Below are positions 1 to 8,754 of a DNA stretch of 64,000 bases, one piece after another. How positions within the stretch are numbered: the stretch's first letter is position 1; every line of letters starts with the position of its first letter. The stretch is from Porphyridium purpureum (lineage: Eukaryota). A model generated the notes under the pieces. It was not told the origin of the DNA. It did not search any database and worked only from the letters and a program-made list of their open reading frames with translations. The position numbers were made by a program, and so were the translations under genes. The DNA lies in the NCBI GenBank assembly GCA_008690995.1, contig VRMN01000006.1:558001-622000 (forward strand). Direction: 5' to 3'.

Positions 1-417
1 GACGTCGATGATCTGGTTCCCATCGTGGATGCAGCCGAGCTCCTCGATCTGATTCATTTGGAGAGCGGTGACGTGACGATCAATGATACAGGCAAGCGTT
101 TTTTGCGCTCGAGCATTGACGAGAGGAAAAGTATTGTCCGCGAAGGAATCCAGCGCAGCGTGGACGCCAAGCTGATTGAACAGACGATGCTTTTACTGAG
201 AAAGTCACGGTATGGTCGTATTCCGCAGGAGCTGATCTTTGACACCATCCTTTTGAAGCATTTCTCCCCGCAGGAGAGCCGCAGACAACTTGAGGTTGCA
301 ATTGAATGGGGCCGCTTTGCCGAGTTGTTTGGTTACGATGCACCTTCAGGCGAGTTGTTTCTGTACCAGAGCGAGGAAGAAACAGAGAGCGAGAACGAGC
401 CAGAAGTGCGATACTAG
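1..417 (+). CDS. 3' end of a NitT/TauT-type ABC transporter ATP-binding protein (C-terminal AAA-associated domain); partial
   Basis: Frame is open from base 1 (DVDDLVPIVDAAELLDLI...) and ends FSPQESRRQLEVAIEWGRFAELFGYD, matching the AAA_assoc_C pattern (I.WGR[YF]AELF.YD) of bacterial nitrate/sulfonate/bicarbonate ABC ATPases. Confidence 0.75.
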   Translation, partial: DVDDLVPIVDAAELLDLIHLESGDVTINDTGKRFLRSSIDERKSIVREGIQRSVDAKLIEQTMLLLRKSRYGRIPQELIFDTILLKHFSPQESRRQLEVAIEWGRFAELFGYDAPSGELFLYQSEEETESENEPEVRY

Positions 418-644
418 CTGCAGCAACAGCCGTCCAAATGAGGTCAAGACTTCCTAATCGGCTGTGGGAGGGTAGAAGTAACTGGAATGGTGAGAGAAAT
501 GCACCTTGAACAAGAAGCAATTCCAGTCCGAAGCGCGTTCCTAACGTATTCAAATAGGAATGTTCACAGCACAAAACTTCATTCTTCGGGTCTCCAATCT
601 GCATCACCTCTGCCATTCCGAACTTTATTTCATTTTTCGTTCCT

Positions 645-2024
645 TTATTTTGTAAGATAGACGAGCTTTTCTGGTCCGAGCTCATACACGCCCTTTCCTT
701 GCTTCCGCACGCGAGTAGCCATCACTTGGAACCGTTCAATGCAAGAATGTAAGCTGTCGAATGCTGCGGCCTCATTCCCGCCACCTTCAGTAAGTGCCTT
801 CATAAATTTCTCCGCTCCGTCTGGGCAAATGACTGTTCCCATGCAGTATGTCATGCCCACCTGCGCCTGTTCGCACATGAGCTGATCTGTAGCCGAGCCT
901 GCGTTGCATGCCGCAACAAGCTCGGCCGCCTTGGCGCACTTCTGTCCAACCTCTTGAGAGATTTGGCCTAGCTTCTCTGTGGTTAGCGAGGTTAGAAACT
1001 CAAACTCTTTCGCATCGCTCACCGTCTGGCTCGGGTCCGGAAGTTTCTTTTCGACGGGGCGCGACGTCGATGGGTGCGTTATACTGGACTGCTCCGATGC
1101 GCCCCCCACGGCAGGAGATGTCGGAATCAGGCGACGGAAGCCCTGCATAGCAATACTGGCGCGATTCTGCGAGCGGTCGACAAGACTAGCCACTGAATCG
1201 AGTGCTGGGCGCACGTCTATTTCAATCGGGTCGCCCTTGCCGCTCTTTTTCTCATTATAGTAGTAATCGATCACGTATCGTACCTGAGTGCCGCATCTGT
1301 CCACGACCCAATCGTGCCGATCAAACGGCTTCTCATAGCCTAGCCAGCTCCACGCGCGTGCAGCAGGTGAGAGTTGGTCCGGTTTCCCCTGGAATCGAAC
1401 GAGCGATGGCGCGTCGCACTCGGTACAGTGGAAGCGCCTCTCCCACTCCAGAACTTCTTTCCAGGTCCTCTCGTTCATGTTATTATGCACGCGAACCACC
1501 ACATCCATATCGTGCTCTTTAACGTCGTCGGCCTTGCCCTTGCGCTTCAGAGCGTTGTAAAACATTTGCGGCGATGGATACACCCACCTTTCGGACTGCT
1601 CTGCGCCTGTCGTTGCGTGGCCCTTTGGAATAGACGACACCTCTCGGCCAATTTCTAGCGGCACCGTCTGCCCTGGCGATGGCAGCTGGTTCGGCGTGGC
1701 AGGCATCATGTTATCAGGATTCAGCTCCTGGCTACACACGTCGTACAGCTTGTGCCTTTTATCATGCGGAACCGGGCACTTATCCTGCGGAGGCGCGGAC
1801 ACAGCCTCTGCACTAGAGCTTTCCACATCCGTCACGCCTGTCGAAGCCGCCATCTTCGCGTGGTCGACGGGACACGCACGAGCCTGATTCTCTTGCGCCG
1901 CAGCCACCATCTTCGAATGATCGACCGGGCACGCGCCGCCGATTTCCTCGCGGCGAGGCTCTGTTCCTGGCACCGCAGACACCGCGGGCGACGCGAGCGC
2001 CTGTCTGGAAACCGCGCTTCCCAT
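645..2024 (-). CDS. HCCS: Holocytochrome c/c1 synthase (heme lyase) with C-terminal Cys-rich extension
   Basis: Three CPV heme-regulatory motifs, WVYPSPQMFYNALKRKG, HNNMNERTW, PFDRHDWVVDRCG, RYVIDYY, DVRPALDS. Start taken at MGSAVS (2024), a possible myristoylation site. Confidence 0.95.
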   Translation of the reverse strand: MGSAVSRQALASPAVSAVPGTEPRREEIGGACPVDHSKMVAAAQENQARACPVDHAKMAASTGVTDVESSSAEAVSAPPQDKCPVPHDKRHKLYDVCSQELNPDNMMPATPNQLPSPGQTVPLEIGREVSSIPKGHATTGAEQSERWVYPSPQMFYNALKRKGKADDVKEHDMDVVVRVHNNMNERTWKEVLEWERRFHCTECDAPSLVRFQGKPDQLSPAARAWSWLGYEKPFDRHDWVVDRCGTQVRYVIDYYYNEKKSGKGDPIEIDVRPALDSVASLVDRSQNRASIAMQGFRRLIPTSPAVGGASEQSSITHPSTSRPVEKKLPDPSQTVSDAKEFEFLTSLTTEKLGQISQEVGQKCAKAAELVAACNAGSATDQLMCEQAQVGMTYCMGTVICPDGAEKFMKALTEGGGNEAAAFDSLHSCIERFQVMATRVRKQGKGVYELGPEKLVYLTK

Positions 2025-2288
2025 CCTGCCCCCCGCAAACACAAGCGGACCCTCACACTCACACACACACCTGCCCGCCCTCTCGTCGGCACCAACGCCA
2101 GCGCCAGTCGCACAACCTCCACCACCACTTGGCGGGTGTACAGTAGCTATACGGCATGATGTCATATGAATGGCTTATTCCCTTTCGGGTTTGTGTTTTC
2201 TCGGAGGAAGGACAAAGGAGGAAGGAGGAGGACGAGAGGAAGGCAGGTGGTGGTGGTGGTGGTGAAGCGGTGAGGAATAGGAGGGCAG

Positions 2289-3038
2289 ATGGTGGTGGTT
2301 GTGGCGCACAGCGATGGCGCGGTCAAGACTGTGCACCTGGTGCGTCATGCGCAGGCCGAGTCGAACGCCGCGTTCGAGGTGGTTGGGCGCGAGGCGTACC
2401 ACGATGAGCAGTACGCCGACGCGCGGCTGACGCTCAAAGGGCGCGAGCAGGCGCGGCGGCTCGGCACGCACCACGCGCAAGCGCTGCTGCAAGTGGAGCT
2501 CGTTGTATGCTCGCCGCTTTCGCGCACCATTGAGACCACGCTTATTGCGTATGAGGCAGCGTACGCGCAGGCTGCCCTCGCCGCGCCGCAGGCGCCCGCG
2601 CGCCAGCCGCGCCTCTTGCTGCTGGAGCAGTGTCGGGAGAAAATCGGGTTCAATCCGTGCGATCGGAGGAGCTCGCGGACCGAAATTCTGGAGATGTTCG
2701 GTGAACGGCTGCACGCCGCGTTCGCTGAGGTCTCAGACGAACTGCACGGTGAGCGCGACGAGTTGTGGACCAGGGAACACCGGGAAACTGCGGACGAGAT
2801 TCAGGCACGCGCCAGCTCGTTTGTTGGCTGGATGATGGACAGACCAGAGCGAAGCATGATGTGCGTGACGCACAGTGCGTTCTTATCTGCCGGCATTGGG
2901 CGGCAAATGCTCGAGAATCACAAGCAGGCATTTACGGCCGAAAGCCAAATGCGCTTGGATGCGGAGCACAGCGAAATGACGAGGTGGTACGAAAACTGCG
3001 ACATGCGGACATTCACCTTTGCCAGAAGCGAGCTCTAG
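2289..3038 (+). CDS. Histidine phosphatase / phosphoglycerate mutase-like protein
   Basis: LVRHAQAESN (RH motif), DARLTLKG, VVCSPLSRTIET, CDRR, CVTHSAFL, ENC. Confidence 0.9.
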   Translation: MVVVVAHSDGAVKTVHLVRHAQAESNAAFEVVGREAYHDEQYADARLTLKGREQARRLGTHHAQALLQVELVVCSPLSRTIETTLIAYEAAYAQAALAAPQAPARQPRLLLLEQCREKIGFNPCDRRSSRTEILEMFGERLHAAFAEVSDELHGERDELWTREHRETADEIQARASSFVGWMMDRPERSMMCVTHSAFLSAGIGRQMLENHKQAFTAESQMRLDAEHSEMTRWYENCDMRTFTFARSEL

Positions 3039-3066
3039 GCTTTTCTCCTGTGGCTTTACTTTCCTT

Positions 3067-3906
3067 TTAAAGTGGCGGCGTCGGGAGGCGCTCGTAGCAT
3101 GCAAAGAATTTAGGGCGCTCGCTCTTCTCGACGCGTGCGGCCTCGTTTGTGTGGTTTCGAACATATGATGCCACGGGGTCGTCTTTGACATCTTCAACTC
3201 GACAAAAGAGAGGGTGATTGTCTGTATGCCCGGTCATCCAATCCCACAGGTCTTTGACGTCGGTGACAAAGTACAACCTGCCGCCTTCCTGCAGCACGTA
3301 TGCGTAAATGGCAAGCAGCTGTGTGGTGACCACGCGCTGGCGCCACTTGCGCCGCTTGAAGTGAGGGTCTGGGTAACAAAACATGATCTTCTCAAGCTGA
3401 CCCTTGCGCACAAAGTTCTGCAGGTACTTTTGCGCGTTGGTGCGCACGAAGGACACGTTCTGGTACTCGCCGGGATACCGCTCACGCAGTGTATCGCGCT
3501 GCAAGACGCAGTATTCTGCGACGCGGTCCCTAATCTCCATTCCCATGATGTGCTTTGCCGGGAACTGGCAAGCGAGCTCGAGCGCGAGCCCGCCGTACCC
3601 GCAGCCCACGTCCAGCCACTGTACGTGCTGGTCACCACGAAACGCGCTCGGGCATACCGGCACGTCAAAAAGGCCGTCGTTCAGCGGGTTCGAGTGCGCG
3701 CGGGTGCGGAACTCGACCTCAGTCACGCGCCACTTGACGCGGCCGCTCAAAGCGACCGTCGCAAACTTGGCGTCCTCGCCCTCCAACCCATAGTCGCTCG
3801 GCCGCGCGCGCTTCCACGCCGTCCTGTCCTTTCCATCGGGCCCAGGCGGCACGTCGCGCGCGCGGCCCTGTGTCTGAACCCCGGCCTCGCCATGCTCATC
3901 CGTCAT
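3067..3906 (-). CDS. TRM8: tRNA (guanine-N7)-methyltransferase catalytic subunit
   Basis: FRTRAHSNPL, DVGCGYGG, GMEIR, RTNAQKYL, YPDPHFK, TDVKDLWDWM. Start uncertain (3906 or 3993). Confidence 0.93.
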   Translation of the reverse strand: MTDEHGEAGVQTQGRARDVPPGPDGKDRTAWKRARPSDYGLEGEDAKFATVALSGRVKWRVTEVEFRTRAHSNPLNDGLFDVPVCPSAFRGDQHVQWLDVGCGYGGLALELACQFPAKHIMGMEIRDRVAEYCVLQRDTLRERYPGEYQNVSFVRTNAQKYLQNFVRKGQLEKIMFCYPDPHFKRRKWRQRVVTTQLLAIYAYVLQEGGRLYFVTDVKDLWDWMTGHTDNHPLFCRVEDVKDDPVASYVRNHTNEAARVEKSERPKFFACYERLPTPPL

Positions 3907-4035
3907 GTCGTCCCCATCGACTCGCGCTTCCCCGTCCGCCTGCTCCCGCGCGACATGCCACAGCGTGCCGCGCGCCAACTGTACACCCGGCATGGGCACT
4001 GTACCGGACCAGCTGTGCGGTGGAAGCAAAAATGC

Positions 4036-4070
<35 letters not shown>
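4036..4070. repeat. (GCGT)8 microsatellite
   Basis: Direct reading; lies upstream of TRM8. Confidence 0.95.
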
Positions 4071-4335
4071 AGTCGCAGGAAGCGAGCCTTTGCGTGAACG
4101 CCACCCACGTGCCAGACAGAAGTTTGGTTGGATCTGGCGTGGTGCCAGAGTCTGCCTGCGCGCGCCGCACCACCTGCACGTGCCGACTCTTGTGCTGTCG
4201 CGGCGCGGTACAAGTCGGGAGAGCCAGACGCGTCTGGGTTGCGACAAGCGGAATCCAATTAAGTGTCGTCTGTTTGTTGAAGTCTAAACGTTACTATTAC
4301 TCTGAGATCGAGGCAGCGCGCGCAGCACTCCTCTG

Positions 4336-4800
4336 CTACATGCGACCCAGGTCAGCCAGGGCCAGCAGGTCTTCCGAGATGTCCTTGCGCGCCAGCTCGA
4401 GCTTGATTCGCTTGCGATGCTGTGAGTCCCAGAACGGAATTTCGTTGGCGTAGCCACCCGCACCGCCTGCAGACAAGCCCGTTCCCTCGACGCCCTGCGC
4501 TTCGCGCGCACTGGCGGTCTTGCCGGCCGCCGCGCCCCGCTTGCGCGTGCGCTTGGACGTGCGCTTGGATGTGACTGGCGACGACGACGACGAGGGCGAG
4601 TGGGACGCCAGCGCGCCCGCGCGCGCGCCGCGTATACGCTCGCCTGTGACGCCGTGGCGCTTCACTTCCTCCGGCGTCTTAATACGCAGGTACTCGAGCA
4701 TCTGCGCCTCGGTCTCGGACTCGCTGTCTGCGACGCTCTCCTCCAGCCATCTTTGCGCGGCGCGCGGCCCCCACAAAAACGGCACCGCAGGCGCTTGCAT
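4336..4800 (-). CDS. Hypothetical protein, basic/low-complexity, possibly nuclear
   Basis: 154-aa ATG-initiated ORF with a KRTSKRTRKR basic cluster and helical C-terminus; no family recognised. Confidence 0.55.
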   Translation of the reverse strand: MQAPAVPFLWGPRAAQRWLEESVADSESETEAQMLEYLRIKTPEEVKRHGVTGERIRGARAGALASHSPSSSSSPVTSKRTSKRTRKRGAAAGKTASAREAQGVEGTGLSAGGAGGYANEIPFWDSQHRKRIKLELARKDISEDLLALADLGRM

Positions 4801-5060
4801 GACTCGGCCGCCTCTGTCCCAGCGTTCCTAACCCCCAGCGCGTTTATCCCGAAGCAGCCGCTCCACTGCGTCGGCAGGCGGAACGAATGTGCAACCAGCG
4901 GCGACCCTCACGCAACTGTCCCGCCAGCCGTCCAGCTCCCAACCGCGAGTCACCCACCCCTCCACACCTTCCCGCAGAACTGCCAAACCGAGCAACGTCG
5001 AGCCAAGCCGTGTCGAACCGAGCCGCGCTGAATGTCGTGACTATCCTTCTTCTCCCCCTT

Positions 5061-5062
<2 letters not shown>

Positions 5063-5094
<32 letters not shown>
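5063..5094. repeat. (CA)16 microsatellite
   Basis: Direct reading. Confidence 0.95.
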
Positions 5095-5095
<1 letters not shown>

Positions 5096-5251
5096 CCGCT
5101 CTCTCTCTCCCCCTCTGGTCAATGCCGCTCTGCGTGTGTCCCATTTCTTGCCGTGTGCGGCGTGCGCGCCACGCCGTCTAGTAAAACAGCGCGCGGCGCT
5201 AGGAAGTCGCGCGCGCTGCTCCGCACAGCCGCACACACGCCACACACACAC

Positions 5252-5428
5252 AAACCCTAACCGTGCACTCGCGGCGGGTACAGCGCGTGTACTCCTGGCC
5301 ATTTCAAACTTAGCTGTACCTCATACCATCGAGCGCACACAGAGAGGTACAGTCTACTCACACACCTGCAAGGAGGGTGTTCAGTGCGGAAGTACAGCTG
5401 GCACAAGGAACAGCGGCAGCAGCGGTAC
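5252..5428. promoter_or_regulatory. Telo-box (AAACCCTAA) followed by a cluster of six GTAC sites in a divergent intergenic region
   Basis: AAACCCTAA at 5252-5260; GTAC at 5278, 5289, 5316, 5347, 5392, 5425. Regulatory function inferred. Confidence 0.45.
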
Positions 5429-5721
5429 GAGAAGGTGCGTGGGTTTGGTGATCGGTCTACCCGAGACGGTCGAGACGCGTGTGCGCGGCTTGTTGCGGCG
5501 GCGGCTGTCGTCGGCAGGTAGTGGTCCCAGCAGCGCGGACTGCGTGTGGCACTCATGTCCAGGCTCAGGTTTGCAGAATGGTAGGCCGTCGCATGATCCA
5601 GCAATCCGGTCGTTCGACGCCTCTGCACAGTTCGGAAAGTTCTCGCTTTCCTGCAGGGGAAACTCGCACGAGTTCCAATGGATTGGTGCGGTGCGCGAGC
5701 AGAATATGTGACGCGGCTCTG

Positions 5722-5745
5722 CACACACACACACACACACACACA
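5722..5745. repeat. (CA)12 microsatellite
   Basis: Direct reading. Confidence 0.95.
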
Positions 5746-5899
5746 GCTTCCTTGGCATCCTGGGCGCTTTCCAGCTCCTCCATCATTGGAGAAACCCTAA
5801 TGCGCGCTTTCCGGAAGAAAATCTGCAGATGATCTATACGCGGAGAGACGCGGAACAGGCGGAGAACGCGGCGCGCTTTGCGCAAGTACGCCGCGCAGG

Positions 5900-6982
5900 A
5901 TGGTGACAGGGTTTGTAGGAGCAGGAGGCGCTCCGCGCGCCGTTGTTCGCGTGCGGAGTGTGAGAGAAACACGTGCCGCTGTGAAATGCTGCGCGTCGTC
6001 GACCCTGCACGCGGCCGCGACGTCGAGCCCCGCGCGCGCTCTGCCGCGCGGCTTCTTTCGCCGCTGGATTGCGCAGTTCGCGGACTACGATCCGGCGCAG
6101 TACTTGCCGTTCATGATTGGAAACGACGCGCTGGGCAGCATTGAGAAGGAGTTTGCGCTCGAGCTGCAGGCCGCGTCGCCCGACGATGAGTTTGTGGTCG
6201 AGCTCGAGCGCTGCGAGATCGACGGCGAGTTCTTTCTCACGGTGCCAGGCTCCGTGCGTCTCCATCCGCGGCTCATCGAGCTTCCGAGCGTGCAGGAGCG
6301 CTCAGACCGAGTGGAACGTGTGTTGCGCGTGTTGCAGCAGCAGGGCGCCATTCAAGGTTGGCGCAATGAGAGACAGCCCGTGGTGGCGCACTTTGCGGAC
6401 AAGCCCTTTCTCGAGGTCGAGCGCGCGGCCGTACCATACCTCGGGTGTCAGTCATTTGGCACACACATCAATGGGTACGTGCGACGCGCCGCGGGCCCGC
6501 AGGGCCTGTACGTGTGGTTATCTCGGCGCTCGCGCAACAAGCCAACGTACGCCGGTCGCTTGGACCAGATGGTAGCAGGCGGTCAGCCCGTAGGCCTGTC
6601 GCTGAGCGACAATGTGCTCAAGGAGTGCGAGGAGGAGGCCACGCTGCGAGGCGCGCTGCTCGATAACCTCCACATGAGCGGCGTGGTGTCGTACCGATAC
6701 AGCACACGCAAAGGTCTCTCGACGAAGACTTTATTTACGTACGACATCGAGCTACCAGGAGACTTTGAGCCTGTCAACTCTGACGGCGAGGTCGAGGCGT
6801 TCATGCTTGTGCGCGCGCGGGACGCGCTTGTGCAGCTCACGCAGGAACCCGACCTGTGGAAGCCGAATTCGGCGCTCGTCTTTCTCGCGTGGTGTGTGCG
6901 GCACGGCGTGTACACCATGGAGGACGACCCGGACGACTGGCTTAGCGTCACGGCGGCTCTCCATCCGTATTCGCATTCGTAG
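5900..6982 (+). CDS. Plastid-targeted Nudix hydrolase (NUDT20/24-like, DUF4743 + Nudix)
   Basis: Transit-peptide-like N-terminus (MVTGFVG...), GWRNE, ERAAVPYLG, GTHINGYV, KPTYAGRLDQMVAGG, KECEEEA, DGEVEAF, KPNSALV. Confidence 0.9.
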   Translation: MVTGFVGAGGAPRAVVRVRSVRETRAAVKCCASSTLHAAATSSPARALPRGFFRRWIAQFADYDPAQYLPFMIGNDALGSIEKEFALELQAASPDDEFVVELERCEIDGEFFLTVPGSVRLHPRLIELPSVQERSDRVERVLRVLQQQGAIQGWRNERQPVVAHFADKPFLEVERAAVPYLGCQSFGTHINGYVRRAAGPQGLYVWLSRRSRNKPTYAGRLDQMVAGGQPVGLSLSDNVLKECEEEATLRGALLDNLHMSGVVSYRYSTRKGLSTKTLFTYDIELPGDFEPVNSDGEVEAFMLVRARDALVQLTQEPDLWKPNSALVFLAWCVRHGVYTMEDDPDDWLSVTAALHPYSHS

Positions 6983-7072
6983 CAGCTGTGTAAAGCGCGT
7001 TTCATCCCCCACCGCTTCCCTCTAATTCACTTCCGACTTTCCACTTTGCGCGAGACGGAAACTGGGCGGGCG

Positions 7073-8533
7073 ATGTGTGGTTGGTGTCCAGAGCTCGTAC
7101 CTGGCTGCAGAATGAACAAGCAGCGGGTGGCCATGAAGCTGCCGGAATGCGCAGCTTGGCACGCCGTGCCGCGTGTTGCAGTGAGGCCACCCACGCGCGG
7201 CAACTGCAGCTGCCGCGTGGCCCCGCGTATGGCTCAGAAAACAAGCAAGACGGGCAAGGTGCGCGCCGTGCCGAGCGCGCTGCCGGGCGCCAGCGCAAAG
7301 CGGACAAGGCGGTCCTCGGCCTCCGCGGCCTCCGCGCCATCGGCGTCGCCGGGGACAAAGGCTGCAGGGACAGAGAAGAAGCGGGAGAAGGCTGCGTCGC
7401 CGAAGCCCGGGACGCGTGGCCGGCCTCACGTGAAGGAACCGCTGCCGTGGGATGACTCGGAAACCACGGAGCCCATTTTCCAAAGGCAGATGTCGCTGAG
7501 GTACGCGAAGCGAATGTACCCGCGAGTCGCCGAGAACGCCGATAGTGATGCGGATGGAGAAAACATGAAGAAGCTGGAACAAATGGAGGCCTTGCACCGC
7601 GCGCAGCGACTGGCCGCCCAGGAGGTGGCAAGCAAGGAGCAGTTTCCAAGAAACTGGGGCCAGGTCGCCACAGAGGCCGCCGAAAATTTGCTGCTGGCGC
7701 TGGCTGATGAAAAGCACGACAGACTGCTTGTTGAGGTCGTGCACCCCAGCTTGATGCCGCTCGAGCGCAGCCGACGGCAAACATTGGTTCCCAACGCAGT
7801 AGATCTCGTTGTTGGCGTGCTTTCGAGAATGCTGGCTGATGTGGTGCTCGACTCGATCGCACTCTATGTCACGTGTGATCGTGACAAGGCCGTCATGGAA
7901 GAATGTCTGGCTTCGCCGATCTTCCGGAAAGTACGCGTGCTCTCAATCGAATCGCTGGCGCGCCTGGTCGATGAGAAAAACAACGACAAGCTTGCCAGCA
8001 AAATGCAAGTGCATGATCTAACCATTTGCGCCTTTCTAACCAATCAGATTCCTGGATGCTTTGGAAAGAACCTTGAAGTCATTCAGTATATCCATTACCA
8101 GCCGTGGCGGGGTCGTCGGCCAGTGGTGTTGCTGAACCCAGACCTGCTGAGCATGAATGCAATGCTTCATCCACGCATTCCCGAGCGTGATACCAACTTC
8201 TCTGCATTCTTGCAATTAAGGCTGCTGGACTCGTTGCAGCCATCGGAGAGCTATGTCGAAGTGAATGTGGCCAATCACGCGCCCATGATTCTGGCTGATT
8301 ACGAGCCGGTATTCTTCTTCAACCCCACTTGTGTCGAAACGGGCCATCTGCGAGGCGCTCTGATTAAGCGCTACACGTTGCCCTGGCAAGTCTATGGTTT
8401 GTCCCACGAAATGTTGACGAGGAAGAATACCGTGGCCGAGCGCTTTGACCTGCTTACGGAGTCTGATGACCCGCCTTTCCGGGACGAGGTGCTGGGCGAT
8501 GTTGCGAGTTGGTCAAATATTGCTGAACGGTGA
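7073..8533 (+). CDS. DUF1995 (LPA3-like) family protein, probably plastid
   Basis: FPRNW...A..A, RLLVEV..P, RPVVLLNPDL, GALIKRY..PWQVY and PP...EV match the DUF1995 pattern. Start uncertain. Confidence 0.6.
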   Translation: MCGWCPELVPGCRMNKQRVAMKLPECAAWHAVPRVAVRPPTRGNCSCRVAPRMAQKTSKTGKVRAVPSALPGASAKRTRRSSASAASAPSASPGTKAAGTEKKREKAASPKPGTRGRPHVKEPLPWDDSETTEPIFQRQMSLRYAKRMYPRVAENADSDADGENMKKLEQMEALHRAQRLAAQEVASKEQFPRNWGQVATEAAENLLLALADEKHDRLLVEVVHPSLMPLERSRRQTLVPNAVDLVVGVLSRMLADVVLDSIALYVTCDRDKAVMEECLASPIFRKVRVLSIESLARLVDEKNNDKLASKMQVHDLTICAFLTNQIPGCFGKNLEVIQYIHYQPWRGRRPVVLLNPDLLSMNAMLHPRIPERDTNFSAFLQLRLLDSLQPSESYVEVNVANHAPMILADYEPVFFFNPTCVETGHLRGALIKRYTLPWQVYGLSHEMLTRKNTVAERFDLLTESDDPPFRDEVLGDVASWSNIAER

Positions 8534-8754
8534 CGAAAGCCCGAGCTGGCTGGAACTACGTCTGCCCCGCGCCAATTAGGATCTTCGTACCGTTGTGGAT
8601 GATCGATGTATAACATGGTAATCATTTTTGTCTTTCTTTCTTCTTTTCTGTTCGCTCATTTCTTTAAACGCTTTCATTCTCTCCCGTTCTCAAAAGAGCC
8701 ATTCAAGTTATTGTATTAACACACATTATGAGCTTTGTATATCGTGCCTGCTTG

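Noticed and set aside
3214..4287. 357-aa plus-strand ORF
   Set aside because: Antisense shadow of TRM8 running through a microsatellite; typical of GC-rich codon bias.
4844..5972. Several overlapping 100-270 aa ORFs
   Set aside because: They cross CA repeats (THTH/CVCV) and show no recognisable motifs; more likely a divergent promoter region.
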